NCBI GenBank assembly: GCA_028534125.1
Contig: CM052817.1
Location: 102,674,001-102,738,000, forward strand
From: Lama glama
Taxonomy: Eukaryota
Length of the DNA stretch: 64,000 nucleotides
Reading direction: 5' to 3'
The translations under genes and the position numbers were made by a program. Under the pieces are notes generated by a model. It had not been told where the DNA came from. It saw only the letters and a program-made list of their open reading frames with translations, and did no database searches. Shown here piece by piece: positions 1-13,395 of this stretch (its first letter is position 1; each line of letters opens with the position of its first letter).

Positions 1-411
1 CTTAGGAACCATGTCAGCCCTGGAGCTGCCAATGACCACTATCATCAGCGGAGGCAAAAAACCACCAAAATGCTGGTGTGTGTGGTGGTGGTGTTTGCGG
101 TCAGCTGGTTGCCTCTCCATGCTTTCCAACTTGCTGTGGACATTGACAACCAAGTCCTGGACCTGAAGGAGTACAAACTTATCTTCACCGTGTTCCACAT
201 CATCGCCATGTGCTCCACCTTTGCCAACCCTCTTCTCTATGGCTGGATGAACAGCAACTACAGAAAGGCTTTCCTCTCAGCCTTCCGCTGTCAGCAAAGG
301 ATGGACGCCATTCACTCCGAGGTGTCCGTGACGTTCAAGGCTAAAAAGAATCTGGAAGTCACAAAGAACAATGGCCCCAGTGACTCTTTCACAGAGGCTA
401 CCAACGTTTAA
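1..411 (+). CDS. NPY2R: Neuropeptide Y receptor type 2, C-terminal part (ICL3, TM6, TM7, C-tail); 5'-partial
   Basis: Frame 1 is open from base 1: LRNHVSPGAANDHYHQRRQKTTKMLVCVVVVFAVSWLPLHAFQ...STFANPLLYGWMNSNYRKAF...DSFTEATNV, stop TAA 409-411. It has the class A GPCR WLP and NPxxY motifs and matches the mammalian Y2 receptor C-terminus as I recall it. Confidence 0.97.
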   Translation, partial: LRNHVSPGAANDHYHQRRQKTTKMLVCVVVVFAVSWLPLHAFQLAVDIDNQVLDLKEYKLIFTVFHIIAMCSTFANPLLYGWMNSNYRKAFLSAFRCQQRMDAIHSEVSVTFKAKKNLEVTKNNGPSDSFTEATNV

Positions 412-2340
412 GGGCAACTGCCGTGTGAAAATAGATGGATGAATTCTGACCAGAGCTGTCAGTCTGGTTGAGGAGGGCATTCAGGTGCCTCCTGATTTCC
501 CATTTTAAGGAAGAAAAAGAGCATCTGAATGGAAGCATCTGCAGTGTAACTCGTGGAAAACTGGTTGGCAGAGTGTAGGTAAAAATGAGGCAGCAAAAGT
601 TTGCTTACAGTTGCTTGGATGGTAGGTTGAATTATAAGTAAAAGCAGAGAGAAATGCTTTTAACTGTTTCCCAGAGTGAAGGAAACAGGAACATGGAGTT
701 GGTGGTGTCAGTATTGCTAAAAGATGGTGGGCAAATAAGTTGGCTTCCAAATCACATGAGGGCAGAGATTGGGGATAATGTATAATTCACTGCTCCCCCC
801 TCATCAATGAGAAGGCTACCAATACCAACTTCCCTAGAAAGCCACAGACATTTCTCTATTATATTTTGGCTTTTTGTTAATTCTTCCTATGAATGCTGCA
901 GGCAAATGTTACCAACTATTTGAATGACTTCAAGGAAATAAACTGAAATTTGCTATGTAATTAGTATTTTGGCAAATGATGGGGGAAGTTTTTACCACCC
1001 AGTTAACCAATTGTTTTTGTAAAAACAAATGCACATTTAATGAAAAGTTTCTTCAACTTAGAATTGAAGGCTGAAGTTCTCAGAGAAATGCAAACCATTA
1101 TTTAACTTCTCATTTCAAGTTGTCCCTGCTTCATACAGTTACTATTTACAGAATAAAGAAGCATGCAACTCAATACTTTAACTCATTGCTTAAGTGTTAC
1201 AACTTTTTGAACACATATTTTTCCTCTGCTAGAGCTGAGTTTGTCCTCACAAAAAATTAAATCAGATTAGAAAATAGTTTCATGGCATTTTGTAACATTT
1301 TGGGGTGATTTGTAAGCAGTTTTGCGCAGGTACATAGCTCTAATGTGTTTACTGCAGTGTTATTTTTTTCTGAAATTCATCTTCCATGGACACATTCATG
1401 ATTCATAAAACAATAGAACATCAGAATGGAACCCATCTGGTAAGAACTGTTAAAAACATTACATTCATTCCACTTTGAAAATGTTCTGCTTAGACCAATT
1501 TCAACAAAAATTATCTGCTTCTCAAAATAATTAGCTGTATTTTTGGATAACTTATGAATACATAATAATATAATTTTACCTATAAAGGGTGGAACGTAGA
1601 TGCTATAGTACCTTTTTTTTTAATGATTTCGTAAATACACTTTTATTTCAATAGTATCCAACCAAAGATGCTTAAAACTCTATTATGTTCATGAAAAATA
1701 ATTGAGATGTTAAAATAGCTGTTAAAATAGTTGGAGGCTGTTAAAGAAGTTTCATTATAATCATATTTTTATAAGTATACCTGAACTTGTGAATAGATTC
1801 TTTAAATTTTAAGTCAATTCAGCATGACTATCGCATTTAGTTACAAACATTAACTTTATGAACGGGAGAGATTTATTTTATGGCTACATATAAAATTTAT
1901 ATTACAGCTTTTATGGAATTATTTCCATGCTAGAAATAAAAGACTGATCTTGAACTGCACTGCACTTTTAGGAAACTGAAAATGAATGGAAACAGTGGAA
2001 GTTAGATTGGGTATAAGACTGAATAAGAAGTTAATAATGTATATCTGTAATATATAACTGAAGAATTCATTTTTCTCTTGGACCTGATGTAACTGTCTAA
2101 GAAGAAGCTTTTGTCTTTTAAATAACAGTTACTTTGCTTGAGATGCTAATAGATAATTGTGGTTAAAGGTTTTTTTTCCCTCTTGGAGAATTCTTACACT
2201 GTAGGAAATGTGCATGCTACTGTACCACCTGTGGTCATAGTAAATTATTAGAATCCAATTAATACATGTGATCTAATTAATTCTGTTAACTCATCAATAA
2301 AATGTCTTTTATGTAGTGATTTGATCTGTTGAAATAAAAA
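412..2340 (+). other. NPY2R: Probable NPY2R 3' UTR with candidate polyadenylation signals
   Basis: AU-rich sequence after the stop with no obvious interspersed repeat. AATAAA occurs at 1152, 1935, 2296 and 2333, and GU-rich sequence follows 2296. The true 3' end cannot be determined. Confidence 0.55.
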
Positions 2341-2539
2341 GAATTGGGGAAGTTAGAGAAATGTGCATTATTTTATGTCAGAATGCCTGTCCAAGATGCG
2401 ACCGTCAGCCTTTGACACAACTAAAGAAGGGGAAATAACGGTGGCTCCCGGACAGTTAGTCTAGCGCGCGCTCCATGGGGTCTATAAGGAACCTGAGAAC
2501 CTCACTTCTTTGGCTACAATTATAATCCATATTCTGACA

Positions 2540-3450
2540 GTGCCTGAATCTCTATGTTCAGCTCAGACTTTTCTTTTGAACCTCAGGCCTGTATCTCTAT
2601 CAGCCCACTTGATGTGCCGACGTGGTATCTCACCAGCAGAGCAAACCCAGCATGCCTAGGTCACAACTTGCCATTTTGATCCACACCCCGCCCCACCTCC
2701 ACTTTGTTTTCCTGTCCCAATCATGACACTGCTATCTACCCAGTTTGCAAAAGCCACGCTTTGAAGTCACTCTTGACTCTTCTGTCTCTTTATCAACAAG
2801 TCCAATCAATTCTCACATTTTGTTCTAATTCCTAGATGTTTCTTGAATCAATTCACTTTCTCCATCCCTGTGTTCCCCACCATAGTTCAGGCTGTGATTA
2901 TTTCCTGGGACCCCTATATCTCTCATCTGGTTTAATGTAGCAACTTCCTAATAGTTCTTTCTGTGTCTCATCGTTTTCCTATCCAATCCAACATTTACCC
3001 ACTAGTCAGAGTGATTTTTCAAAAACTCAGATTTTACTGGGGGAAGGGTAAAGCTCAAATGGTAGAGGCATGCTCAGCACCCAAGAGGTCCTGGGATCAA
3101 TCCCCAGTACCTCCTTCAAGTGGAAATCAATGAAGAAATCTAATTACCTCCCCCTCAGAATACAAAAACTCAGATTTTATCAAATCACTTCTCTGATGAA
3201 GACTCTTCAGTGTCTCCTCATCATTCTTATGTCAAAATCTTTTTATGATTTGGAAGGCTGTTTAGTACCTGGCTGTACCTATATGTTTTGCCCCTTGAAG
3301 TTTCTCTCTTTTTCCAATCTTTGCTGCATATGAAGCACATGAAAGCAGGGAATGGGGACTGTTTAAATCATTGTGGTATCACAGGTACGTGCAGTTCCTG
3401 GCACTAAGTTACTGCTCAGTCAATATCCATCAAGGAAGCTGAGTTGATGA
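2540..3450 (+). mobile_element. Ancient L2 LINE 3' fragment, interrupted by a SINE
   Basis: Degenerate L2-like motifs (ctcagacttt...cccacttgatgt, gtcactcttgactcttct, cctggcac...ctcagtcaatat). Boundaries approximate. Confidence 0.6.
3037..3162 (+). mobile_element. tRNA-derived SINE, camelid Vic-1-like
   Basis: GGGGGAAGGGTAAAGCTCAAATGGTAGAG (A box) ... GGGATCAATCCCCAGTACCTCC (B box) ... CTAATTACCTCCCCC. Perfect 17-bp TSD caaaaactcagatttta at 3020-3036 and 3163-3179. Confidence 0.9.
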
Positions 3451-6400
3451 GTCAAGTAAATATTAAAAGTGGATGTGAAGATACATCCATAAAGATGTAA
3501 ACGGTATGCTTTTCCCACTTTTATCATACAACTTGTAGAAAAGTAAGGTCTTAGCCATGTAGGAATCCAATAATGATGCATATTTGTTCAGGATTAGATT
3601 GGTTTTATTTTTTGAAGGCCATTAAAGATAGACATTTGCATAGTTGAAAGGAATGCTATTCATAGACTCCATTTATGGCTCACTCAGAATTATCTAGAAC
3701 CTTGTGCAAGGGAGGCACGGAGCAGCCAGTGAAGTGTATATTAGTCATGATTCAGACAGCTAAGGAGAAGCCATTATAGGTATTTCTAGCAAAAGGTCAT
3801 TTAATACAAGAAATCAAAATCTTACAAAACCAATGGAGGAGCTGGAAAGGTGAAGGTTAGGAAGAGCCTCCACTGTCATTGAGGAAACCAGGAAGTGCAA
3901 AATTGCAGGAAACCACAACTAATATCTACAGCGGGAGTGTGGACGATACACAGGAAACAGCACAGATTCATTTGTGAAAATATTATTGCCTCCTGCTTAA
4001 GCCACATTCCCATAGACTTGGTCATGTCTTTTGCTTCTTTTATGCTTTCCAAAATTCATGTGAGTATCCCACACTTGTGAAATAGAACTCAAGTGTTGCT
4101 GGCAGGGGTTTGAAGAAATATAGTTCTTAGGTTTCCAGCCCCTAAGATACAAGGGGAGAGTTCAGAATATGGCACTTAATTGCTGTCTGAGAATCTGGAA
4201 ATCCTGAGAACTGCTCAAATGATGTGATTTCTAGTTTCAACTGCATCCTCTTCTTCTCTGTACCTCTGGGTTCTTCAGAGTTGCAGTAACGCAAGTTAAC
4301 TAGATCTTTTTTTTTTTTTATCTCTTATCCAGGCCAATGTGTTAAAGATGCTCTTTAAAACTAGCCCATCAGTCCCAGTGGACCGAGGAGTAAAGATCAC
4401 TTTTTCCTATGGTAGATTGATTGGAGTACAGGAAGAGGGGATTATACTAAAGCTCTGAAAACAACAATCTAAAAACTACAGAAGGATATGCATTCTGGGT
4501 TAGCTTCCTGGGATGAGCAAAGGAAATGGTGCTTCAGGGAGAAAAAAACTTTAACATTTTTAAGTTCATGAGAGATTAAATATTAAATTATGTGGCAGCA
4601 AAAAAATAAAAGAGTTTACTTTTCCTTAAGAAAACCAAGACCATAAAGAAAAAATACAAAAATGGTGGAGAATTCAAACATCCTTATGTCCTACAACATT
4701 AAACAAAGGCAGGAATTTTATTTAACAAAGGGTTCTAAGTGTTGATTTGTGAAGATTTATAAAAGCAACCTGTCTGTTAGACCATTGACCTTTTTCTGTC
4801 TTGGTACACTGGTCAGATGTCCATAGACTTTACAAGTTCTCCTGGGTATGGAAGAGTTTATAGGAAAGACAGACTGTGGGTTATGGCAATATACATGTTC
4901 TCTATAATTCCAACTCTTTTTTGTTAATTTGTGAATGTGTAATTGAATGGAAGTAAACAGAAATGACTAATCTTGAATCAACTCTCCTTTATAAACAAAT
5001 CATTACCCAATTTCAACACTTTAACAAATTACTTGGAAACACCACATATCTGATCATGATACAAGTATGAGTTGTCACATTAAAATTTTAAAGTGCTTTC
5101 ATTATCTTCAAAAGAAAAAAAGAAAAAGCAAGTGAATATCTTTATTTTTTGTCCTCATAGGGAAGTAACACACATTGTAAAAAAAAAAGTGTGTGTATAT
5201 GCAGAAATACACAGATATTTAATTATAAACAAAATAACCCTGATGTACATTATCATTCAATATCAAACATTGTCTGTACAAAACATTCAACCATCTAACA
5301 GTGATTATTAACCTTTTTCCATATGACATACTGTTCCTCTCATGGTCCTACAGAAGTAACTATCACTGGGCTGTGGGTGGGGCAGGGTGAGGAGGGTGGG
5401 GGAATGTGTTCTGAAATTTGCACAAAAATAATTTGAATATAAACTGCTTTGCATACATTTGCATAAAAGCTCCTTGGTGAGTGTAACCAATTTTCTCCAA
5501 CCAGTTGATAAGAGAAGATAACACATATCAACCTGGTGCTTATCATTTTGAACACCAACACATTTAGAAATGATGTCATCTATCAGGATAGAATAAGCCG
5601 CAATCAGCCTCTAAGGACACGTAGGTCTCTTGTGCAATTATTCCTGTTCTCTGATAGAAAGAAAATCGGAGTCTTGTTTTGAGAATGCAATTGAAGGGGA
5701 GAGAAAAGTAGATTCACGGGACATGCTTAGAGTCAGGACTGCTGAGTGCACTGTGTAGATTAAGCTGGAGCCAAATACCATCAGTCAAAATAGATCTACA
5801 GTGATATCTGGATTCCATCGGACTTAACCATATTGAGGGATACAGCAACAGGGGCCAGGAGAACAGAGATAATGTAATTTTAGATTCGCTGAACTAATAA
5901 AAACAGTTTGACGCTGAAGAATTTCTTCTGCCTTTTTGTTCCAGGAAAAGCGATTCACTGGAAATAAAAGCTTCCTACTTACCACAAGGACAGCCGCACG
6001 TAAGCAACTGCTATCATTGTTTTTGTGAAAGGCACAAAACAAATGGACAGCTACAGTATACTTCATAGCTTACAACCTCTAACGCTCCACAGGAGATTTG
6101 TTTCCATGATAAAGATTTTATACTTATTTTCTGCTGTTTAGCTTGAAAGTCTAAAGTTAGATGAAACTCTCATGAAAATTATTTATAACTGTCAGGACAT
6201 TCCAAGACATGAAACAGATGATTATAGTCATGAGTATTCATTAAAATACAGGTCCCAGTAGCTTTTTTTTTTTTTTTGGTGGATACAGTTTAAAGAATAC
6301 TAATGGAATTTTGGAACTGTTCATGTTGTGCTATGGTGTTATTTTTATGAAAAGCAGAGCTGAGCATATGCCTTGAGCAGTTTTGCTGCTGGTGCTAATC

Positions 6401-7371
6401 ACTTGCCCTGATACATTATTCACCGTCTCTTACTGATTACGCTTTGCCCACCAGCACATTCTTAAAGGTATGACTGTGCAAGGGAGTTATGTCATCCTTG
6501 GAGAGAACTCCCAGTGATCAACAAACTAACAGCATTCCTGCCAATAGCTTCTGTTATTCCCAAGCCTAAGTCTCTCATCGGTTCCTCTCTCCTGCTGTCC
6601 TCCTCCCCAGGTCTGTCTTCCACTGACACACACTGGCTGGAAGGACAGGTGAGGTGAGCGGGGCTCCAAGGAGCAGGTGAAGCAAGGAAGGCCAGTAGAT
6701 GAATCTGCGTCAGGCAAGGCTTAAAGCTGGAGAGTCCAGAGCAACGGCCAAGTTCAAGGGAGCCGAGTCTTAAAGGGATCATGGGACTAAGTGTCAACAT
6801 CTGGGCAGGGCCTAGACCAACCCAGGAAGCAGAAACCATGGGAAGAGAGGGAGGGAGGGGCAAAGAAATGGCCACAGCAATGTGGATAGCAGCGTGGAGT
6901 GAGAAGTCCTAGACCAAGGTGGAAAATCCCAGATAATCATCTCCTGACGTAAACTGTGTACACTTACGACAGCAACGATCACTTCTTAGTTAAAATCACC
7001 TGCAAGCTCTCATAACTCTCTAGAACATGTTCATTTAATTATTTTTTAGTAGCTGGGAGTATATTCATTCAATACGTAATTACATAAGTTTTCTGAGCCT
7101 GAAAATAGTAAATTCTTGTGATAATTACTTCTTGTTTTTCATCCTGTTGAGAATGAGGTGTATGTGAGGGAGTGTTCTATATGGAGAGAGGGAGACATGA
7201 AGGGGAAAGAGCAGACAACATTCTGAAAAAAGGGAGCAGAAGACCCCGGTATTCTCCTGTTTGCCCACTTTGGGTGGATCTAATGGGTACCAACTCCCTG
7301 GAAAATTCCTGAATTTCTGCAGCATTGCTGAAACTCCAGCCAGCCCCAGCACACAGCGTCAATCCCCTACC

Positions 7372-8888
7372 ATTTTATATTTTAATTAAAATAAAATGTA
7401 CAGCTAAATTCACAGATTTAGGTACATAATTCCATATGTATTGACAACTATATACACATATGGAACCATTTACCTCTGTCAAAATATAGACTGTTTCCAT
7501 CACTTCATAAGTTTCTTTCATGTCCATTTCCAGTCAATTTCCACCCTATCTTAATAGCAAACCGTAAATTAATTTTCTCTATTCTTCTACTTCATACACA
7601 TGGAAACACAGATTATGGACTGTTTGGTCTCTGGCATCTTTTACATAATATAGTGATTTGGAGATTCATCCATGTTGTCATGTCATTCATTCATTTTTAT
7701 TTTATTATGGGGTCATATTCAATTGTATGACTACACTACAATTTATTTATCCACTCTCCTCTTGATAGACATTTGGATTATTTCAAGGTTTGGGTTGTTA
7801 TGACTAAATCTGCTATAAATATTTTTTTCCTAAGTCTCTTTGTGGACATATATTTTTATGTTCCTCAGGAAAATCCAAGCAGCTGAATTACTAGGTCATG
7901 GACTAGATATGTAGTTAACTTTATATAAGAAAACACCAAAGTATTTTTCAAATGGTGTTACACTCTCACTTGAAAAAATATGAGAGATCCAGTTGTTCCA
8001 TACTTTGCAACATTTAGTGTTGTCAGATTTTTAGATTTTTTTTCTATTATACTGGAAATCCCACCGTGTTTCTGAGTTGCACTTCTCTGAGGGTTGACAA
8101 TTTGATCACCTCTTCCTATGCTTATTCACCGTTCATATATCTTCTTTGGAGACGTGACTATTCATGTCTATTGTGCATTTAAAAAAATTGGATTTAATTA
8201 TCTTTTTTTAATTGAGTTGTGGGTCTTTCTAAATTCTGGATATATATTAAATATAATCTGGATATATTCTCCCAAATACATGTGTCACAAATGATTTTTC
8301 ACAGGAAATGATAAAAATTTTTAATTTTGATGAAGTTCAATTTATCATTTTCTCTTTTAATGTTAATATTTGTGTGTCCTCTCTGAGAACTCTAATTACT
8401 TACCCCAAAGCCAGAAAGATACTATGTTTTCCCAGAAGCTTTATACTTTTAGCTTTTACGTCCAGGATTCATCTCAATTAATATTTGTGCTTGGGGTTTA
8501 TTTATTTTTCATATCTTTATCCAGTTCTTCTGGCACCAATGATTAAATTAATTTCCCACATTGAATTACCCTGGCATCCTTGTTAAAAATTAATTAACTA
8601 TAAATGCATAGAAATATTTCTGACTATTATATCTACTTGATCTATTTGTCTATCCTTAAACTAATACCACTGTCTAGATTACTGTGTAGCTGAAAATCCT
8701 GTAGTTATATTTATCAAATTTTTTCTTTTTTTGCAATATAATTTTGGCCATACTCAGGCCTTTGCATTTCCATATAAATTTTAGAACCAGCTTGTCAGTT
8801 TCTATAGAAAAACACTCTAGCATTATGGTTGAGGTTACATTGGCTCTATAGATCAAATTAGGAAGATCTGAATTCTAACAACACTAAG
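7372..8888 (-). mobile_element. Old, decayed L1 (3' UTR plus ORF2 3' part)
   Basis: Minus-strand ORF 8674-8856 gives L1 ORF2-like IETDKLVLKFIWKCKGLSMAKIILQKK. L1 3' UTR motifs such as gagattcatccatgttgt are present. Confidence 0.8.
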
Positions 8889-10150
8889 CCTTTTTTTTAA
8901 ACAATGTTTTAAATTGAAGTATAGTCAGTTACAATGTGCCAATTTCTGGTGTACAGTATAATGTCCCTGTCATACACATACATACATATATTCGTTTTCA
9001 TATTCTTTTTCATTAACGCTTATTACAAGATATTGAATATAGTTACCTGTGTTACACAGAAAAATTTTGGGTTTTTTTATCTTTTTTTATATATAGTAGT
9101 TAATATTTGCAAATCTCAAACTCCCATTTATCCCCTTCCACCCTCTTTCCCTCCAGTAACCATCAGATTTCAGATTGTTTACTATGTCTGTGAGTCTGTC
9201 TAAGCATTTTTTTCATGTGCCTATTGGCCATTTGTATGTCTTCATTTGAGAACTGCTTATTTAGGTCTTCTGTCCATTTTTGGATTGGATTATTTGTTTT
9301 TTGTTATTAAGCTGTATGAGCTGTTTATATATGTTGTAGATGAGTTCATTAGTGTCTTCTTTTATTCTTTTCTTTAGATTCCACACATGAGTGACATCAA
9401 ATGACATTTTTCTTTCTCTTTCTGGCTTACTTCACCTAGAATGGCGATCTACAGGTCCAATAATGTTGCTGCAAATGTCATTATTTTATTCTTTATATGG
9501 CTGAGCAGTGCTCCATTGTATAAATATACCATAATTTCTTTATCCAGTCATCTGTCAACGGACATTTAGGTTGCTTCCATGTCTTGGTTACTGTATATAA
9601 CAGTGCTGCTATGAACACTGAGGTGCGTGTATCTTTTTGAATTAGAGTTCCCTCCAGATACATGCCCAGAAGTGGGATTGCTGGATTGTATGGTAAGTGA
9701 AATTTTAGTTTTTTGAGGAATTCCATACTGTTTTCCATAATGGCTGCATCAAACTACGTTCCCACAGACAGCGTAGGAGGGTTCCCTTTTCTCCACACTC
9801 TCTTCATCATTCATTGTTGGTAGACTATTTAATGATGATTATTCTGACTAATGTGAGGTGATACTTCATTGTAGTTTTGATTTGCATTTCTCTGATAATT
9901 AGTGATATTAAGCATTTTTTCATGTGCCTATTGGCCATTTGTATGTCTTCATTTGAGAATTGCTTGTTTAGGTCCTCTGCCCATTTTTGGATTGGATTAT
10001 TTGGTTTTTGTTATTAAGCTATATGAGCTGTTTATACATATTGGAAATGAAAACTCAGTTGCATCATTTGCAAATAGTTTCTCCCACTCCCAAGGTTACC
10101 TTTTTGTTTGGCTTATGGTTCCCTTTGCTGTGCAAAAGCTTTCAAGTTTA
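8889..10150 (-). mobile_element. 5'-truncated L1 (poly-T tail, 3' UTR, ORF2 C-terminus) with an internal 136-bp duplication
   Basis: Poly-T near 8890. ORF 9493-9738 (-) gives LPYNPAIPLLGMY...TWKQPKCPLTDDWIKKLWYIYTME, the L1 ORF2 C-terminal region. Confidence 0.9.
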
Positions 10151-10151
10151 T

Positions 10152-10711
10152 GAGACAGAGCCAACACGGCAGAGTAGAGAGACTCACAGCTTACCCTCTC
10201 CCACAAATAGACCAATAGTTACATCAGTAGTTACACAGAAACCTACTGAAATCTGGCAGAATATCTCTCGTTTTGAAATACAGAAGGATTCTCACAAAAT
10301 CCAGCAAGGAAAAAAAAGGAAAAGTTAAAAATTGATGCAGGACTAGTCCTGCAGGGAGAGGGTGGCATAGGAAGAAGGGCACCCTCTTGCTGGGATGTCC
10401 CCTCTCCAACGGGGAGGTCAGTGGGGGCAGAAGCGGAGCTTCTGAGGCTCAGAGGAGAAACTGACAGCAGACAGAACCAAGGGAAACTGACACGGAGGGT
10501 CCCTGCAGTCCCCAGCCATAGACACGAGCCTGCAGGGAAAGGCCACTGGAAATCAGAGAGGAGCCCGGGCAGAGGGCTGGGGCCCACCGCACAGAGGCAG
10601 CCTCAGGGGACTGGAGGGCAGTGTGAGCTCTGGCTGGAGATGTGTGCAGAACAGAACAGCCTGATCACAATGTTATATACCAGTTACATCTCAATAAAGC
10701 TGAAAAAAAAA
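10152..10711 (+). mobile_element. L1 5' UTR (~500 bp) joined to an L1 3' terminus and poly-A (internally deleted L1)
   Basis: Co-linear with the reverse complement of ~60580-61103 (e.g. gagggctggggcccac.gcacagaggcagcctcaggggactggaggg). Ends ...catctcAATAAAgctgAAAAAAAAA. Confidence 0.75.
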
Positions 10712-13395
10712 TACATGTTACAGGCAAAGGATAAATCAGTAACAATGGGTAAAACCGTGCTGATACAGGTATTGATATTCAGAACTACTCCTTGTTAAGT
10801 ATGCCTATTCAAACATAAGATTATAATTTTTACCTATTAGAGAATCCAATTTCTAAAAGTTTGATCATGCACACTTTAGTAAACATATTTATATGCAGTT
10901 GATGACATTCCGTAAATTTAGGTGTAAATTCTTTGGCATGAAATTTGGCAAATTTATAGGCTTCCATTTTTAAATGCATACTTCCTTTAATCAACTAATT
11001 TAAATTCTATGCATCGTGTCCTACAGATATGTTTGTGAATGATCTCAGTGCAAAAGAGGTTCCAGCAGTTTGTTTCCTAATCTACGTTCCTGCCCATTTT
11101 TGGTATGTGCTTGCCATTTGTTAAGAGGTAATAAAAGCTACTAATTCTATTTAGAGGAAGAATGTACAGATACACATACAGATATGTATAGATACTAGAG
11201 AATTATAATTCAAAGTATTAAAATGATTATCTCTGCGTTGCAGAACTTTTGTTCTTCATTTTTTCTGTATTCCAATTTTTATGACATAATTATATTTGAT
11301 TTATATATTCAGAGAAAAACACAATGTCATGTTCAAAATGCTGGTATTTCTCAACTATCCTCAATTCCCTCTGCCAACCACTGTCAATGACATCCTGACT
11401 AACCTAAATTTTTATCTCTGAATTAGCTGTCACATTTTCGTTCCAATCCTAGAAGTCCAACTGGCAGTTGGATACATTCTCCTGCTAATTTCATGAATAC
11501 CTTGTATCTATCACATCTAATTATATGTCTCCTTCCTTAGGGATTTATTTTTAGCCGGCTGGTCCATTGGAAAAGATTGAGTTAATAGAGTTTCAATGGT
11601 AAGTTTGAGATAGTGTGTTTTCACTTCAATAGGAAAAAAAATATTTAACTCAATGAGATGAATTACCACTCCTAAAATTTTGGATATCAGTGGAGAAAAA
11701 AGGTTAGGACATACGTTTCTCAGTCTTCTGAATTTATTGCACATAGAAACTTGCAGGTTCTGCCCAAGCATACTACTTGCCAGGCAAAGAAACAAGGTCA
11801 GTTATTTCTTTTGTTACTACTTGAACCCTGTGAAGGCAGCTCTGTAAAGGATAACAGTGCGGCCTCTAATGAGGTTTCAGGCTGTAGCTCTTCAGCATAT
11901 GTTTTCCCGGAGTGTGATGAGATTACGTATAAGGGTCTATCCGTATTTGTGAACTGGCCCATTTCCTTTTAAGCACACTGACTCTTTTCTTTAGATTCCT
12001 GACATGGCTTTAGAGACTGAGTAACTTAAATGCTGAGATAGGAAGATATTTGGGTAACGTTTATTAGTGTTTTCAATTTGGCACAGCTAAGCCGGGCAGG
12101 AGATCATCATAAAGAGTAAGGAAGCTTTACCCATCCTGACCCCAGTTCTAGAGTCCTGGCTTCACCATTTCCTCCCTCACATTAGGACACTTCTGGCTTG
12201 ACTGGTGCCCTCACCCACATACTTAGGTTTTGTTAAAAATCAAGACCTTTGTAAAGAGATGCTTTTCCCCAGGCTGCCTTGCAGAGGTGAACTGCAGATC
12301 AGGTTTATAGTCACTTAGTTTTCTATCTGGGAATTTATGAAAAGCATAAAAATCATGAATTAGACAAACTATTAAATAAATGAAATTTATTCGACTCTGG
12401 CCAACAGAGAGCCCAGGAACATTGTTAAGAAAATAAATTAGAAGTAACTCACTCCTTTTGGAGAGAACATGAAATAACACAAATACAGCCATTTGGGTGA
12501 AACTAACACAGTTGTGACATTTAGAAAAAGTTTGCTGGTATAATGACATTGGCTTTATAACCTATTATGTACACCCTACTTCTACATTTGAAAAAGTTAT
12601 CTGAAATGTAGTAATAAAGTAAGTTTTCAGAAGAAGATTTTATTCAGAATTTGGTTATAGAACAGTTAATGACAACATCACACAGCATCGAGAGGGGAGG
12701 TTAAAATTTGTATTTTGTAGCTGAATTAGAACCTCTCCTAGTTTCAATTCTGCTATCTCTTGACCCAAATATCTCTGTAACACTATCTAAAAACACATTT
12801 TTAGGCAGCATCAATTAATTATTAAATTAGAGAATGAGTATTTTATATATTAAACAGAAATATTAGCACCAGCTTATAGGATTGATACGGGTTTGCTAAT
12901 GAGAAAGCGAGACCTGCATTAATTGTTTAAAGAGTTAACAAATTTCTGCTTACTGTAATGAAAGAAAAAATTTAAATATATAGGAATCTATCTAGCCCAG
13001 ATCAAGAATGATGTTGAGATCATATCTTTTTTGCAATGTAAGACATTGCAAATAAGTAAACCTAGAGATTAATAAAATGCTAAAATGGACTAAAGGGAAA
13101 ATCAGTGTAACAGAGATTTAGCCTCCAGCCAACAGAACTCCGACTCATCAGAAGGATCTCTTGTCACAAGGGTTTTTAGAAGAAGCGATATTCTTCCCAA
13201 TGAAATGTCAAAATCTTACAGATTAAAAAATTTTAAACTGGACTGGATCTTGAAGTTTATAAAGCATCAATTATTAGTAGTTAGATGATTCTATCTGACT
13301 TTGTGAGATTTTCCTGCTTTTATTTCTATGATATGATAATTAAACCAAAATAATTCAAGCACCCACATGGTGGGCTGCAGGTCTTTTGGGTGTTT

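Noticed and set aside
2439..2470. Possible REST/NRSE site (GGACAG) with a short CG run
   Set aside because: The left half-site TCAGCACC is not matched.
3039..3115. Functional tRNA gene
   Set aside because: The tRNA-like head is degenerate and is followed by a SINE body and TSD.
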